From NCBI GenBank assembly GCA_965285935.1, contig OZ260661.1:85746001-85810000 (forward strand): a DNA stretch of 64,000 bases, read 5' to 3'. The stretch comes from Ophelia neglecta. Its lineage: Eukaryota. Positions within the stretch are counted from its first letter, which is position 1; the number at the start of each line of letters is the position of its first letter. The notes beneath the pieces are model-generated. The model did not search any database. It saw only the letters and a list, made by a program, of their open reading frames with translations, and was not told the origin of the DNA. The position numbers and the translations under genes were made by a program. Shown here in pieces: positions 1 to 13,560 of this stretch.

Positions 1-3000
1 TTCCTTCCAGCTGGGTTCTTGTTTCTTCCTGAATATTACTCCATAAATCAACGACTACTCATAATGCTTGGTGGCTTTCGATTAATGGTAAATCATATCT
101 AGTTTGGCCCCTGTCGGAGTAGGTCCGAGGTTAACCTGCTACCGAAAATTGACTCGTTTTAAGTAGTGAAATATCCTGTTGGAGGCGATTTGGTGGCGTC
201 GCCTCGAGCCATAGGTCGTCATCTCTTGTTGTTCAACATTGCCCAAATGCTTGTCACTTCTAGGCGGCTGCCAAGAACACTTATTGAATACTATTGATCC
301 CGGCGTAGAGCGGACGAGTCCGGAGTGTATCTCGGCAGAAGGGACAGGCAGATTTTTGTGGCGGGAAATCTGTATAAATAATGAAAGCTGTGATCCGGAA
401 TTGATCGGCAATATGGCAGGCGAATATCAGAGGAGTCGGGAGGTTAAGTTGGTGAGAAGTCTCGCGAGTTAACTCAGGGCGAGAGAGGTCGACAGTGATA
501 GGAAATTGATTATGTCGTCTGCATACGAAACATGGTGACATTCATTGGCAGGCGGGGTGCTATATAGTATTGACAAATACCGCAAATACATGCATAGAAC
601 ATCAATCTCCTATCTGGTGCTCGGTCATTGAGGCTGAAAACCATTCCACATGTGGCTTTCTCGTGTCAACAACAGACCTTTACTCATTGGCTGTTGTTGC
701 TGCTGTCTATATGCTGTTGTTAATAATAATCGGAGGCAAATTTCATTTTATTATTAGAATGCCCCATATATGAACCATATATATAGTATTTGGGCATAGA
801 GCTGTATGTAAAGATGATGTGACAATTCTTGCCTTTTTGCGCTGGAAAATCTATGGTCAATCATTTTTTCAATTTTGTTTTATCCCTGTAACTTTATTTT
901 GTCTACTATCACTGTAGATGGTTTAGAGTTTGGGAACTGGAATAGCGCCAAAATGAATACGTGTTTGCGATTCAGGTAGGCCTATGGGCCCAGTCAGGCC
1001 TATAGGCCCGATCTCTTAACCAATAGCTTAGATTGTTAATGTTCCGGAATACATCAGCGCCAAGTGCTTCCCATTTAGTGATAGTTGTATATGGGCACTG
1101 AGAGCTTTGCTCGAGTGTGTGAGTACTATCTCCATTATCACCGGGCACTCTTTCATCGGAACCGCACCCCTCAGTCGTTACGTCCAAAACGGGCAAACTT
1201 CCACGGATGTCTCCACTGGTGTACGCATTAAATGTGCGGTATAGGCCTATAAGAATTGTTTAGATTTTGAGGGGGATAACTGGAAAACCACATTTAATTG
1301 AAGTGTTTGGATACATAACTGATATTGTGTGTGTGTGGGGGGGGGGGGGGAGGGGGTATGTTATTTGCCTTTTATTGCTGCCAGCTTATTCCGCGCACCA
1401 ATTCATTTTTCACGGCGCAGGTAAGAGCTGTTTATTTTTGGTTTTAACAGATATGACTATAGCATAGAGGATATGAGAAGTAATTAGGCAATATGTCCTC
1501 AAAAGTTGTTCACACTAACTAGTATTTTCCCAGAACCCCCTCCTCCTCCCCCCCCCCCCACCCCCACCCTGCCATTATTCCGCAGCCATCTTCCTTTTTG
1601 GTCGTACAAGTCCCTGCTATGTCTACAATACTTTGTTTTGTTACAAGATACTACTTGCAGTTTTATAGCTGCTTTAACGACCGCTATATAGATTTACAGC
1701 TGCCGAAGAGTTTAGAGAGAGCGTAGACCCTCCAGGAATTGTCCTAATTGCTTTGAGCCATTGTGTAAAAGGGCTGAACAGAAAATCTAACTTTTCATTT
1801 TGTCCTGAGTATTATCGGTGCGAATCTTCTCAACTGGAGAAGGGAGAGCCGGATGGATTACCAAAGTGTGGCGTGATAGAAAATCTCTCCTACATTGGCG
1901 GGTTAGTAGGTTTTAGGCGGAAGAGATATTGGAGAAAAGTGGATTTCGTGATGGGACCCCGGGGTGTCGTGAAATGGAGGAAATGAAGACTTATTGTGCA
2001 AATGGACATTACCCTTCGTTATAGGATTTGACCCGAGTATTTCAATCTACATGAGGCAAATGGGATCGGGTCGGCTAATGCCGACAAGCGAGGGCCGGGG
2101 AGCAGTCTCCTACTCCTACACATTGCCAGACCTTCCCGAATTACACTGCCCAGACCATTTATTTTCCCGTAGTAGATCCAATCAGTTCCAACTTTCGATT
2201 TCCTTCAAACCATTTGTGGATGTAACTGCCTTCATGCAATTGAGATTTGGGTCGGTTGTAAATTGCTCTAATCTAAAAATACTTACCGATATTTGGAGAG
2301 TCCTGAGTGCAGACCTTTTAACCAAGACTTATTGCTGCATGTGCCTAAAAAGAGATGTAATATCGTCCATGTAATAATACGTTTCGTTAGCCGATGCGTA
2401 CATATATCGGTTCAATCTACAAAATAAATTACTATTTTATTTTAGAAACACGATAATGTTTCGATCCATTGACGAGCTATTGTTTGACAACTGTAAAACA
2501 ACCCTGAACATTCCATAAATAGGCCTAGTGTGTCTAACTTGAGGCGAATTTTACCTTTACCTTCAAGAATAGACATTTAAGAGATCGACAGACTCAACAA
2601 AAAGTCTGGACCGAAAACTGTTACTCTTGTGCACGTTCATTAACGGAACCGGAATCATGAAACGCCTTTGCGTGGCTGGATTGTGGTTCATAGTGCCCAT
2701 GGCAGAATTGTAGTTTGGATCAATAACTATACCCTTTGTTATGTTTTCACCGTCCTGGTTTATTTTCAAAATTATTTATGAAATTTGGAATAGGGTACCA
2801 CTTCTGTAAATGAATTGACACTCTTACAAATCCTTATAGAGCTTGACAATTCATTTCTGTAGTTCATCGCATGTCATCGCTGTCATTATTGTAAGCGATC
2901 ATGCTCAGATAATGAGTATGCGTTGTTTAAAGAGGCCACTGTTATTTGATCACTGCATGCTGCTGTTTGATTTTCCTTGTTTGTACTTTAACCGCCGTGG

Positions 3001-3690
3001 ACCCGAGCATCAATATACAAAAGGACTGGTTTTAACTGTACATACGAGGGAATGTTGGTGCTTCATGTGTCCAAATCACTTCAGCTTTGACAATATGGTA
3101 AGGTTATTTTGTGAAACGGATAAGCTTCTTAGAACCATTACATGAACGAAGACGAAAACTGAGTTCATGAGATATTTCTAAGAGTATCTGACACGGACTG
3201 AAAAAATCATCGCAGTAAATGTCGAGTGAATCGCAAAATAGACCAACACATTCGAAATTACGACTGCATTATTAGATATTTCCAATAGATATATTGATAA
3301 CACGCGATAAACATAAAAGACAATTTAATGTACTCTATTATTAAATTGGACATTACGGAAGAAGCAGAACTTTTCGCCATTGACACTGGCTGCCCTGACT
3401 GACAGCACCTGAGGGTGCGGGTTTTCGTTTAAAATTGCAATATTAATAAAACAGTATAAATAAAGTTTCTCTGTTATTGACGAGCATTCCTAGTGGCTTG
3501 TTGAAAAAGCATTGGCCTAAAATCAAATAATCATTAACATTGCAAAGAAAGACCGTGGTGTAAAAAATTCGTAAAACATAGTATTTGAAATAAGAACAAT
3601 TAAGTTATGTTTAAGCAAAAATAATGTAATCTTTCTTTGCGTTTTCGCTACATATTTTTCAAGCAAGAGTTGAAGACTACTGACTTTATA

Positions 3691-4200
3691 CATCATCATC
3701 AGTACGCCTCACATCGCTACTGCAATACTGTGCACCATGTGCATACTGCCGGTTGAAGCGCTCCTCTAGACTTCGCCGTCACGTATTATTTTTCCAAAGT
3801 TCGATATGATTTTTGTGGCTCTGTGTCCAATGTAATGTTTATGGTATTCTAACCCTTTCTATTCTGTTCTATCGAGGTTAGATGTGGTTTTCCTCTTAGT
3901 CTTACCCGGACATTTATAGTGTTTCATGTTGGTGTGCTAGTAGGTAGTTGTATTAGCAGGTTACCCAGTTTAGTCTTCTTTCCATGCTCCATGTTGTGAC
4001 ATTTGTTCTCGCGTTCAGTTTAATGGTGGTACTTTGGGGGGCAAGCGTAGAATAAAAGTTTGCGTAGTTTCCTTCTGTGATAAGCTTCAACGGTTTGAAC
4101 CTGAAAATATGAACCCTGATTCTATCATTAGTAGCTGAAGTTACACTAGAAGTGTGATGGCAGACACCGGGGACGCACATGTATGTGTAAATTTGCATGA
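3691..4200 (-). mobile_element. Decayed 3' fragment of an RTE-like non-LTR retrotransposon
   Basis: Minus strand reads MERRLNW (cf. RTE RRLxWxGH), then with a frameshift PGK-LRGKPHLTSIE (cf. GKRxRGRPxxTWxD), and ends in a (TGA)n-type tail seen as catcatcatca at 3691-3701. Many stops. Confidence 0.45.
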
Positions 4201-4259
4201 AAATGTGGCTGCTGCGAAACTACGAACTTGTCTCATTGTATAAGGCACTTTGTCACTTA

Positions 4260-5890
4260 TTATCAAATCAAATCAAATAGGGTTTATTGCTATATAACCT
4301 AGTATGGAAGGTTTTAAGCTATCACTAGAATATTCAGACTTATATTAACAGTTAACTACAGATACAATAGAGCCAGCAGGTCTTGCACGCGGTATTGACA
4401 ATAATAATAACGATTTTATGTTGAACAATTTCAAATGAATATCGTACAAAATAGACCCACAAATCTCCTAAGGAAGGATCGCATTCAAAATTGAATGCTT
4501 TCATGTAACACACTTTCAATGGATAACAATTAAATTCGGATTGATCATGTTAATAACTTTAATATTTGTACTTTGTATAATTAGTGAATAAGTGAATTTA
4601 GTGGAAAATCCTTATCAAACACAACTTAGATGGGCGGATTTGTACCTAACATAACCAACGAAACAAACTTGGCTATCTAAGTTGACCCTTATAATAGTCA
4701 TGTATTGTGTGTCGTGCTAGGCGGGCATTTGTTTCAGACACGCTTTAACTTGAACATTATCTTTGAGAACATGTCTATGAAACACTAGGTTTGGGATACG
4801 TATGCATCCTTTATGCCGTCTCATTTTCAGAGTTTATGTCGCGGAGAAAGAATGTGATTTTGGGACTTGCCTAAATGGCCCGAAGGGGTTTCGGTATAAG
4901 ATATATTTTGTTTTACTGATATTAAGTGATAGTGTAGACGATATATTTTGTTTTAATGATATAAAGTGATCGGCTGTTTGGTTGTTTTCAAGCGTTAATT
5001 CTGTGTTTATGTTATCATAGCATCAATGTGAGTAGTATAAATAATACGGCTTGCGTTGTCCGCATGCAAAGAAGTAGCATTTGTGGATTTACAAGAGAGT
5101 AGAAAACATCATTTATGTAAATGAAAAAAAGCAAAAGGCCTAAGTATGGATCCCTGGCCGACGCCCGTGTTAATAATTATATGATTCCCAACGATAGGCA
5201 GGGTTTATCCTTGAATATTAATTTTAACTTTGACGACTGGCATGTGCAAATTTATATTGTGATTAAAGCTTTTGTCCAGAGAGTCCTATGCTTTATCAAC
5301 ATAATTTGTCAGCACCAGTCTGATACATGCTTCCAGTCTCGAGTAGAAATACTTTTGGTGCAGTTGTGTTTGACTTTTTTCATTGTATTTTCTATACGTC
5401 TGTAATTGAAGATGGCTGTTTTGTTTGTCCGAATAGATGTTGTTGATATGAATGTCGGGATAATGTTTGCGACGTAGGCTCCTGCGATATGAATCCATCC
5501 ATGTCTAGTCAATATCTGAACAGAACTTTTAACCCCGAGTATACTTTCTGGACTACCTGTTGTCCTATTGTTTTCCTTTGAGGCAGGCATCACGGCTGGT
5601 ATTTGACCGAAGACTGACATTTTAAAGAAACCCCATCACAAACTGTTTTCAAACCAGATACTTTAGACATAAAATGGATTTAGTCTTCCCCAAATGAAGC
5701 GACAGCTTACTTTCTACTTGTAAACCATAGACCTATTGACATTATTACCGATGATAATCTACTTTTTACAATCTACAACATTTTTACCTCCGCTTTAAGT
5801 ATCTATGGTGGTACTGAACCAAGTTTAGTGTAAACGTGGCTAGAGTGTAATTATCCTCCAGACAGTACATTTCATACAAGGGACCTATTT
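4260..5890 (-). mobile_element. Heavily decayed CR1/L2-like LINE remnant (RT region to 3' tail)
   Basis: Minus-strand ghosts of RT motifs occur in the expected order and approximate spacing: VP-LY..DNY (~5885-5845), YG (~5730), IHINNI..QNSHLQL (~5450-5405, cf. IYINDL..YADD) and DWKHVSDWC (~5338-5312). The element ends in CAATAAA plus an (ATTTG)n tail, seen as atcaaatcaaatcaaat..tttattg at 4262-4289. Confidence 0.45.
4900..4970. repeat. 31-bp direct duplication, period 40
   Basis: gatatattttgtttta(c/a)tgatat(t/a)aagtgat at 4900-4930 and 4940-4970. Confidence 0.85.
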
Positions 5891-8800
5891 ATTTTCTTCT
5901 ACAATCGAATGTCAAGAAGAGTGGTATGGCAGAGAATAAACTTTATTTGCCTAAGGAAGGACATCTCAATCAAAGGCGAGCAGACTTGGACTGAGGAAAA
6001 CGAATTCTGGACTTCTGCTAAGCAGGAGAGACCGAGTGCTCTTTCAGCTAAGGAAAAAAAATCCCCCAATGCACCATGTTGTTTGCCATATATCATTTCC
6101 AGAATAATTGTGTAAAGGTGGTTCATTGCACTTGTCAATTCAAGGCGTCCAAGTCTCAAAAATACCCCTCAAGGTACAATAACATACACCTTGTCGTTGG
6201 TCACATGTCAATGCAGATTAACGTGAATGCAAATACTGCGGAAAGTTAATTGGTCTATGTTTCAGACAACTTTATTATTTACATAAATGTATGTTCACAC
6301 GTTCAGCTTATCAAATCGCTTGCCCATTTACTTGCATATAGCCAGAACTGGCTGCTTTTACTCTACTTACTGTACCTAGATCTGGTAAATGGTTTGGCTG
6401 TGTATTCTGCGAGAGAAACACGTTAAATGAAGTTAAAATTTATTATTCATATAATAAAATAGGATGTCCTTCATTTATAATAAGCGGTCAGCGACCTCCA
6501 ACAAAGTACAGTGTCTTAACACTTAATGTGAAATTAAAACATCCAAGAGAACAAACGCATTTCAAGAACGAGAATGTCAAATATCATTTAGGTCTAACAC
6601 TTTTATTTATTCATTACTTTGACATCTTACATTATAAACCCGGTTATAGTCCTTTTAACGTTAGATTTATTAAAAGCCACAACATTTAAATAAAGGAATG
6701 AAAGAAAATAATGGAAGCACGACTAGCTATAGCCTTTACCTGTGACACTACTGCAGTAGGCTTGTGTGAATCTGCCACTCCGGTTATGGAGCTACTATTG
6801 TGTCCTTTAAGATTTCGTTTCCCATTCAGTCGCTTGGAGTCGACAGTCTACCGCCATCTCCCGCGAGCCATGCTTTCACAAGGGACGCTTAGTTGACAAG
6901 CGTCTTCAGCTAGGACAAGAACATAATATGTAAGGCATTTTCGTTGGTCATAGGCCTGTGGTATTATACATTTCTGGGCTTTAAAATATTGACGCGTGTA
7001 GGCCAACATGTGTTTTAACAATACTGTTGGTGGCTCTTTGCTAATGACTGCTAAATTGTACACATTTTGGCTGTATATGGATATTTCTGGCTTTTTTTTT
7101 AATTGATGGCATCAAGGCCTAAATGTGCTTGTAGTTGATCGATAATCCATTTCAACTGCTTGGTACACTAAAAGACAAAAATGTCTAAGAGTCGCAACAG
7201 AACATTCCTAATTCAAACTTGGTTCCTAGTGAGTGTACTTTTAAACTATTAAAGTCCCTTATACGTCTGTTGATGCAAGTATCAGCATTCGGCTCAGGTC
7301 TATTATACTTTATACTTCAACAGTAGGAATCAAATATAAACACCGTGCACGGCCTAAAACGATTGCAAACTTGAGGACGGCTTTCCGAATCAACTTTTAT
7401 CGTAGTTCTTTAAGCTTATATTGTAACTGAACAGTCGCAGCAGTACTTTTGGCAATTTCACATAAACGGAAGTTGGGTGCACAGTGTAATTACACTGTAT
7501 TCCTTCCCCGAGGGCCTTCTCTCATTATTTCACATTAGCATCTTCCGTTCTCACTGCAAAATCGAGCTCTTAAATCAATTTACATTCATGAATAAAACTC
7601 AATGCCCAATTCATATATTAATTTGATAGCTAATATGATTAAACAACGTTATATCTATATGTGCTTCACGTGTGTTCACAATTCAGTTATAAGCCAGTAG
7701 CCGTGCATGCTGTATAAGTCACCCTGAACTGCTGTACTTAGGCCTAACCAAAACCCTTAACGATGGCAATGATAGAGAATGAAGAACAAGTTTACAGCAG
7801 ACCATTAAATACGTGTACTAGATCTAGGCGTACTTTATTACAAGTAAAGGCTATACCTTTAATGAAGGAAAGCTGTTCGAACATGATATTGCCCATTGCG
7901 AGAGACCTGAAAGTTTGGGAAATTATCAGAATATGGTACTTTGTTTCTTGCAATCCTCAGACACTAATAAAGTGTAACATTTCGACAATGGATTAGTTCA
8001 GGCACTTTGTTTAAAACAGTCATAATGCCAAAGCCATTTTTTGTCACTTCATACAATAACATACGGTCGGCATCATCAATGAAAGAGAACAATGAAAGAA
8101 ATACATACATTTTGATACATTATTTTAAACTTTCAGGTTATTCGAAATTGCCGATATATCATTCGATAAACTTTTTGGGATGGATGAATGTGAAAAAAAA
8201 ATCTGCGGTCGGGATTGCAGTGTATTTGGATTTCAAGTTAAATAAATAAGTAGGCCAAAGTATAAGAATTAAGGGGAATAAGAAAAGTATTAGTAGGGGA
8301 ATTAGAGTGCACCTCCCCCCCCCCCCCTATCATCACGCCCTCGCCCAATAGTTATTGACCACCCTCTAAATTAAAGGTGGCCAAGAATTTTAAATATTCC
8401 AAAGGGGAGTGTACTGATTTCAGGATAAGATACTTGGCCAACAATACCTGAACATACATCTGTATACTAGAAATCCTGAGCATGTAGGCGTGCTGCAACC
8501 CAACTTAATTTGTTGACTGGGTTAATTTAATAATGTTATATGTTCTCAATTGTTCCCATCTGCGCAGTGACTCACTTAGTTAGATTTCTTCTATCTTGCG
8601 GGAGGCCTATATCAGTAGAGAAAGTTATTAAAATACAACTAGATCCCGTCTATACCCTGGACAGGTGGCGTCCATATAGCAGCAGTGGGTTACGTGTTAC
8701 GGTGTAGGCCTACAATGTTAACAGGGGTTATGGGACCATTCTTTTTTACCAGAGGTAATATCCTGAGACTGCGCAAGACAAGGAGAGTCAAAGTGCCAAT

Positions 8801-11736
8801 TGTAGGTAAAGTCAGTATAGGCCTACAATGATATGATAGTTACAATAATGGAGAACGAGACATGGGCTTGGGTAGATGTGTGTTGTTGTCTTGTGAACTA
8901 TATATACGACCTAAACCATTCACGTCAAAGTTTGCTTAAAAAATTCAGTGTGGCGTGGTGGGTATTATTTTTTATAGTGCAGAGGACCACTGATATGCGC
9001 CAAAATGGAAAGTTGCTTTACCAAGTAACTGTAATGCTTTGTATTGGTTATGGGTTATGTTTCGATGGCTAGACACGCCATAGCAAATACACAATATGTT
9101 TTGCCGAGGGTTACTTCAGCTTCCATGACGGGATACTGAATGTGTATAGCCTACATGACAGGACTTTTATCTTCCCTGAGAGGCAGGGGTGTCAGTCTCT
9201 CTGCTGTCGATCGCTCCTTTCTACTTGGACCAAGCTAGTGTAGTGATAAAGATGGGTCGCTGTACTCACGGTAACGTTAGTGTTTACCTTGCATGCAAAA
9301 ATGCATATAAATTGGCTGCAATCCAACCAACAATAATTATTCAGGTCGAGTTACTAGCGCCTATACCTTCCATTGAATAATATTAAACATATAGTTAATA
9401 TATTAAACATATAGGCGAAACCGCGCACTACCTTTTAATTCAAATCTTTATAAATGAGGATTATATAGCCCAGCTACATTTTGATTATTTGTAAACGTAT
9501 TCCATAATTTATATTGTAGCATGGGGTGGCAGGAGGCGCTGAATTAGTGGGTATTGTTTGTCCATCGATCATCGTGTGACGGGTGAATCCTCCTTCTCCG
9601 GAGTCCGGCGGTGGCTTACCGGGACCGGCTGTGCGCGCTTCCCGCGAGGGAGTCCACTCGACTCCCGTCTCAACCACCACCGCTACCTCTGTGGCTTGAT
9701 CCGTTCAAACATGTGTAATTAAATCAGCAACACCTCCAAATTTGTCACCTTCGAGCCCGGTATTTAGAGCTTCCTTGTAATTAGTTTCGCTGCGTTTGGC
9801 GAGGATTTTGCCACCCAGTCGGATACGCTGGTCCTATGGGGGCATGCATCTATATGGAGCAAATACTCGACCATCCGAGACCCCGGGGCTCCCAGAGAAA
9901 CCCAATATACCGGGTTACTGCAATGGTCAATAACTCCATCCTTATCAAAGTCTCAACAATATATTGTTATATTGCCTTTTTTTCATGAAACTACACGAAA
10001 CACATACATTGAGGCATCACATTATATAGGTCTATATATAACTATAGGCCTATAGCCAAAAGAAAAAGAACCGTCTTGTGTAGAACAATGTGCCAATTGC
10101 AACCGACAGCTACTGGCCAATTGTACATTGCTGTCAATATTTCGTGTTTGTCACATTTATGAGGTCTACATGGATTGGTTTTATTTGGTTCATGCCTGAA
10201 ATCAATGTCACAATTAACCAATTTATATCTACGATACGTTCACTTTCCTCACTTCCCAGGTTTTTTGATTTGTTGAAAGTTTTAACCTGGATCCACTTTA
10301 CGAAATTTCATGAATTTGTTTAAGTTGTCTAACAGTCCTTAATATTCAACATTCACCCATGCAATGGCAATTGGGACAGACTTTCCATTTGCCCCGGGAT
10401 ACATATGCCAAATGTCACCAGCAGGTGGACGCTCATCCGCAAGCAGTGACGAGGAAATTGAAAAAGTGCATACTTAATAAATTCAAGGTGCGGTTCGGTG
10501 ATTTGGCAATAGCTCCAGGAAGAACCAACTGGTGACAACTTATAATTGGCTAATAATTAAAAGTCGTCGACCCGTGCTGCATGCTGCGACGCCAGATTGC
10601 TTACCGTTATGCCTATACGACTATAGGCCTACCATTTATTCAAAGTTTTTTTGATTATGAAAATGGCCTGTAGTCTATTTTTAATCCAACTGTAATTATG
10701 TATACCCAGTTCAATTCACATCTGCTCGTTCGATAATTTTTCCTGCACCAAGTCATGTTTGTTAAAAATTCGCGAATCTCATAAAAATGAAGAAGTTTTG
10801 TCTGAAAAAGGTCTCATTGCTAACTTTCAAATTGATGGTCGAATATGTGTATGGTTAGATCTTGAAACAATGAGAATACATGTCGAGGTTGGCAGCCGAT
10901 TTCGCCTTTTTAAAATGCACGCACTGGGCTATCTATTTATGAGAACAGCCTATAATTGTGTGTATATATACACAACACCCTATCCTTACCTCGAATGGTT
11001 GCAGTTAATTTTAATCCGTCTTCCCGCCATGTAGGCCTGTTCTTATTTTCTTATGCTTTGTTCCACTTCAGAAGAAATTTAGATTCCCTATCACGTTGAC
11101 CAGTAAATCGTTTTGTATAATGTTTTCTGTACTTTTCTAGATTTGACATTTATATTTGCATTTGCTGAGTTTTTAAGAACTTTACTGACAACGGGAGGCC
11201 TATTGGCCTATAATTTAACCTACTGTTTTAACATATATAGCTGCATATACCGGAGAACATCACTATTGCATTGTTATGCCGTCAATCTATGCCCCTTTAT
11301 TGAGGAAGACTCTGTAAGAATGCCTAAATGACGTGTACTATCGATTTATATATTGAGCTCACGAGCACGCCTTCATAAAAAGGGGCTAAAGGTATTAAAT
11401 ACAGGAACACAAATATAGTTATGAAACTAAGAATCTATTTCATTTTTAAATAAAATTTTTGTCTCGAGTTCCGAACTTACAAGTTGATTCTTATTTTACA
11501 TTATTGTCCCCATTTATGCTTTGATAATGTATGCCTACTCATAAATGCTCATTATAATTTAATAGTTGCATGTAGTATGTTGCATAAAATTACCATGATG
11601 TTAATATGGGTAATTTTCCATTTATCTTACTTTTTACTGTGCCTATAAGACTGCCATGTATGTATACTTGATTATAAAATTCAAAGTTTTCGGAAAACGG
11701 GGTAGAGGATAAATGAAGTTCAAACAAATATATATA

Positions 11737-11921
11737 CAGTGAAACCTGTTCTAAAGACCACCTCAATAATCAGACCACCTGCGTATTCAGAACAATTATA
11801 CGAAGAATATGTTCATTTTATTAACTTTCAATTTAAAGTAGCCTGTCTAAACAGACAACCCCTATAATCAGACCACCATTTGCCAGCCCCTTGGGTGGTC
11901 TGAATTCAAAGGGTTTCACTG
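11737..11921. mobile_element. Tc1/mariner (pogo/Tigger-like) MITE, 185 bp
   Basis: TIRs CAGTGAAACC...GGTTTCACTG with TA on both sides (11735-36, 11922-23). Internal AGACCACC repeats at 11755, 11772 and 11870, plus inverted GGTGGTCT at 11894. Confidence 0.85.
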
Positions 11922-13523
11922 TATATTTATATTCAGATCTATATGTGTGTGCTCCTTTGATAAAGTTGATAAATAATTCTTAAAGATCACAAGCCGAATA
12001 TAGGTAGGCGAGTCCTTAAAATAGCTGGTTTGCTCTATTTAAATTCTTTATATGAATTAGTGCATACTTGTGGAATATTGAGAATGAAAATAGGCATTAA
12101 CGAGACCAGCCTTAAACGAAACCACAACTTGAATTTTAATGTGTCTCCCCTTACCTCCATTCACTATTAATAGTCACATATTAATACAATTAATTCGGGT
12201 AAGGGACACGGGGGGGGGGGGGGGGGGTAGTACACTATACACAATATATACACTCTTCAGCCAAGTAGAGCCGCGCTGCTATTGAGCCGTGCTGCCTTGG
12301 TTTGGCTGGGATTAGCAATCTTAAGCTGTCTTGGTGGTAGAATGATCGTCAGAGCTAATCACTCTACCGTCTGCTCGGCCTCCCATTCTTTGTCCAATTA
12401 CATACCATCAGAAGACATTGTTCGGAAAAGATAGGTGGATTTTTCCAGTAATTTTCCTCTGAAATAATTCCCCGCCTCATCAGATCTAGGAGCCATTTGC
12501 TGCCAGAGATTAACGGTGATATGGGAAGGGGGCCGAAATGAGGGGTCATTAGTGTCATTTAAGCCATGTGACCTTCCTGGCAGATATGGGCAAAATAGCC
12601 TCATATACATAATAATGATGAGCTTTTCATAGCTGCTATAGCCGTCTAAGAAACAGAAACCCCCCATCACACGAGATGATCAAACCTGAATATCTATTAA
12701 AATACATATATATGTTTATACAATAACTAATACAGGAAATAATTAGGAAATTATTATATAGGTCTGTTACTCTCAACAATCCAAAACTTTTTTCGCTATA
12801 AAGTTTTATAGCAATTATTGTGGTAAAAGGAAATTACATTGACAGCAGATAATTCAGTCAATTTTTAATATGCGCACGCGTGTGGATGAAAACAATGCAA
12901 ATGGGAAGCCGTTAGGAGGCTCCGACAATAAATAAGGTTCATCGAATGACACTGATGCCAGAAAGAAATTACTAATAAGCCATGGGTGGTTGGTTCTGTC
13001 CTAGTAACAAGGCGCGCTCGGCACAATCCCGTCCATTAGCTGCAGGTCAAGAGACTCTCTATTGTTCTTTCAGACTGGTCAAAAAGCGCTGGCCAACAGT
13101 GCGTCCATCAATCATTGGTCCTTGCAGATTGGGGCCATTTTGCGCAATACGAAACATAGAAAATATACGTTGGAGTATTGATGAGTTTCTATAATATCAA
13201 CTATAAGCTAGACATAGTTACAGATTAACAATAAGCCAGACAGTAAACTCTGCCTGATCCTCGGGTGACTAAAAGAAGCGAGAAACGTCCAGAGGCTATA
13301 ACTAACGAATCTGGGTGGCGTTGATCGTTTAGCACAATCTACATATTTCTCTTTTATGTTCTTTACATTTATTCGCCATTCTTCTTTTGCTCGAATCCGA
13401 TAATTATTTTTCAACCAAAGCTCCATTGACGGCAATTTATGTCTGTTGTCTTAGTGGGACTCCTGTCCGTGACCACGCCGAGGAGGAGACAGTATAGGCA
13501 CTATGCCCTTTAGAGAGTATTCG

Positions 13524-13560
13524 TGGGTGGGTGGGCGTGTGTAGGGGGGGGGGGGGGGGG
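13524..13560 (+). other. G-quadruplex-forming motif / long poly-G
   Basis: gggtgggtgggcgtgtgta followed by an 17-G-scale homopolymer run to 13560; fits the G3+N1-7 pattern. Confidence 0.6.

Noticed and set aside
540-570. CCAAT/GC-box/TATA-like cluster as a promoter
   Set aside because: The motifs are too tightly packed and no downstream exon or gene is recognisable.
9608-9684. tRNA gene or HDV-like ribozyme
   Set aside because: No A box or D arm, no GTTCRA T-loop, wrong arm spacing, and HDV P1-P3 pairings cannot be completed.
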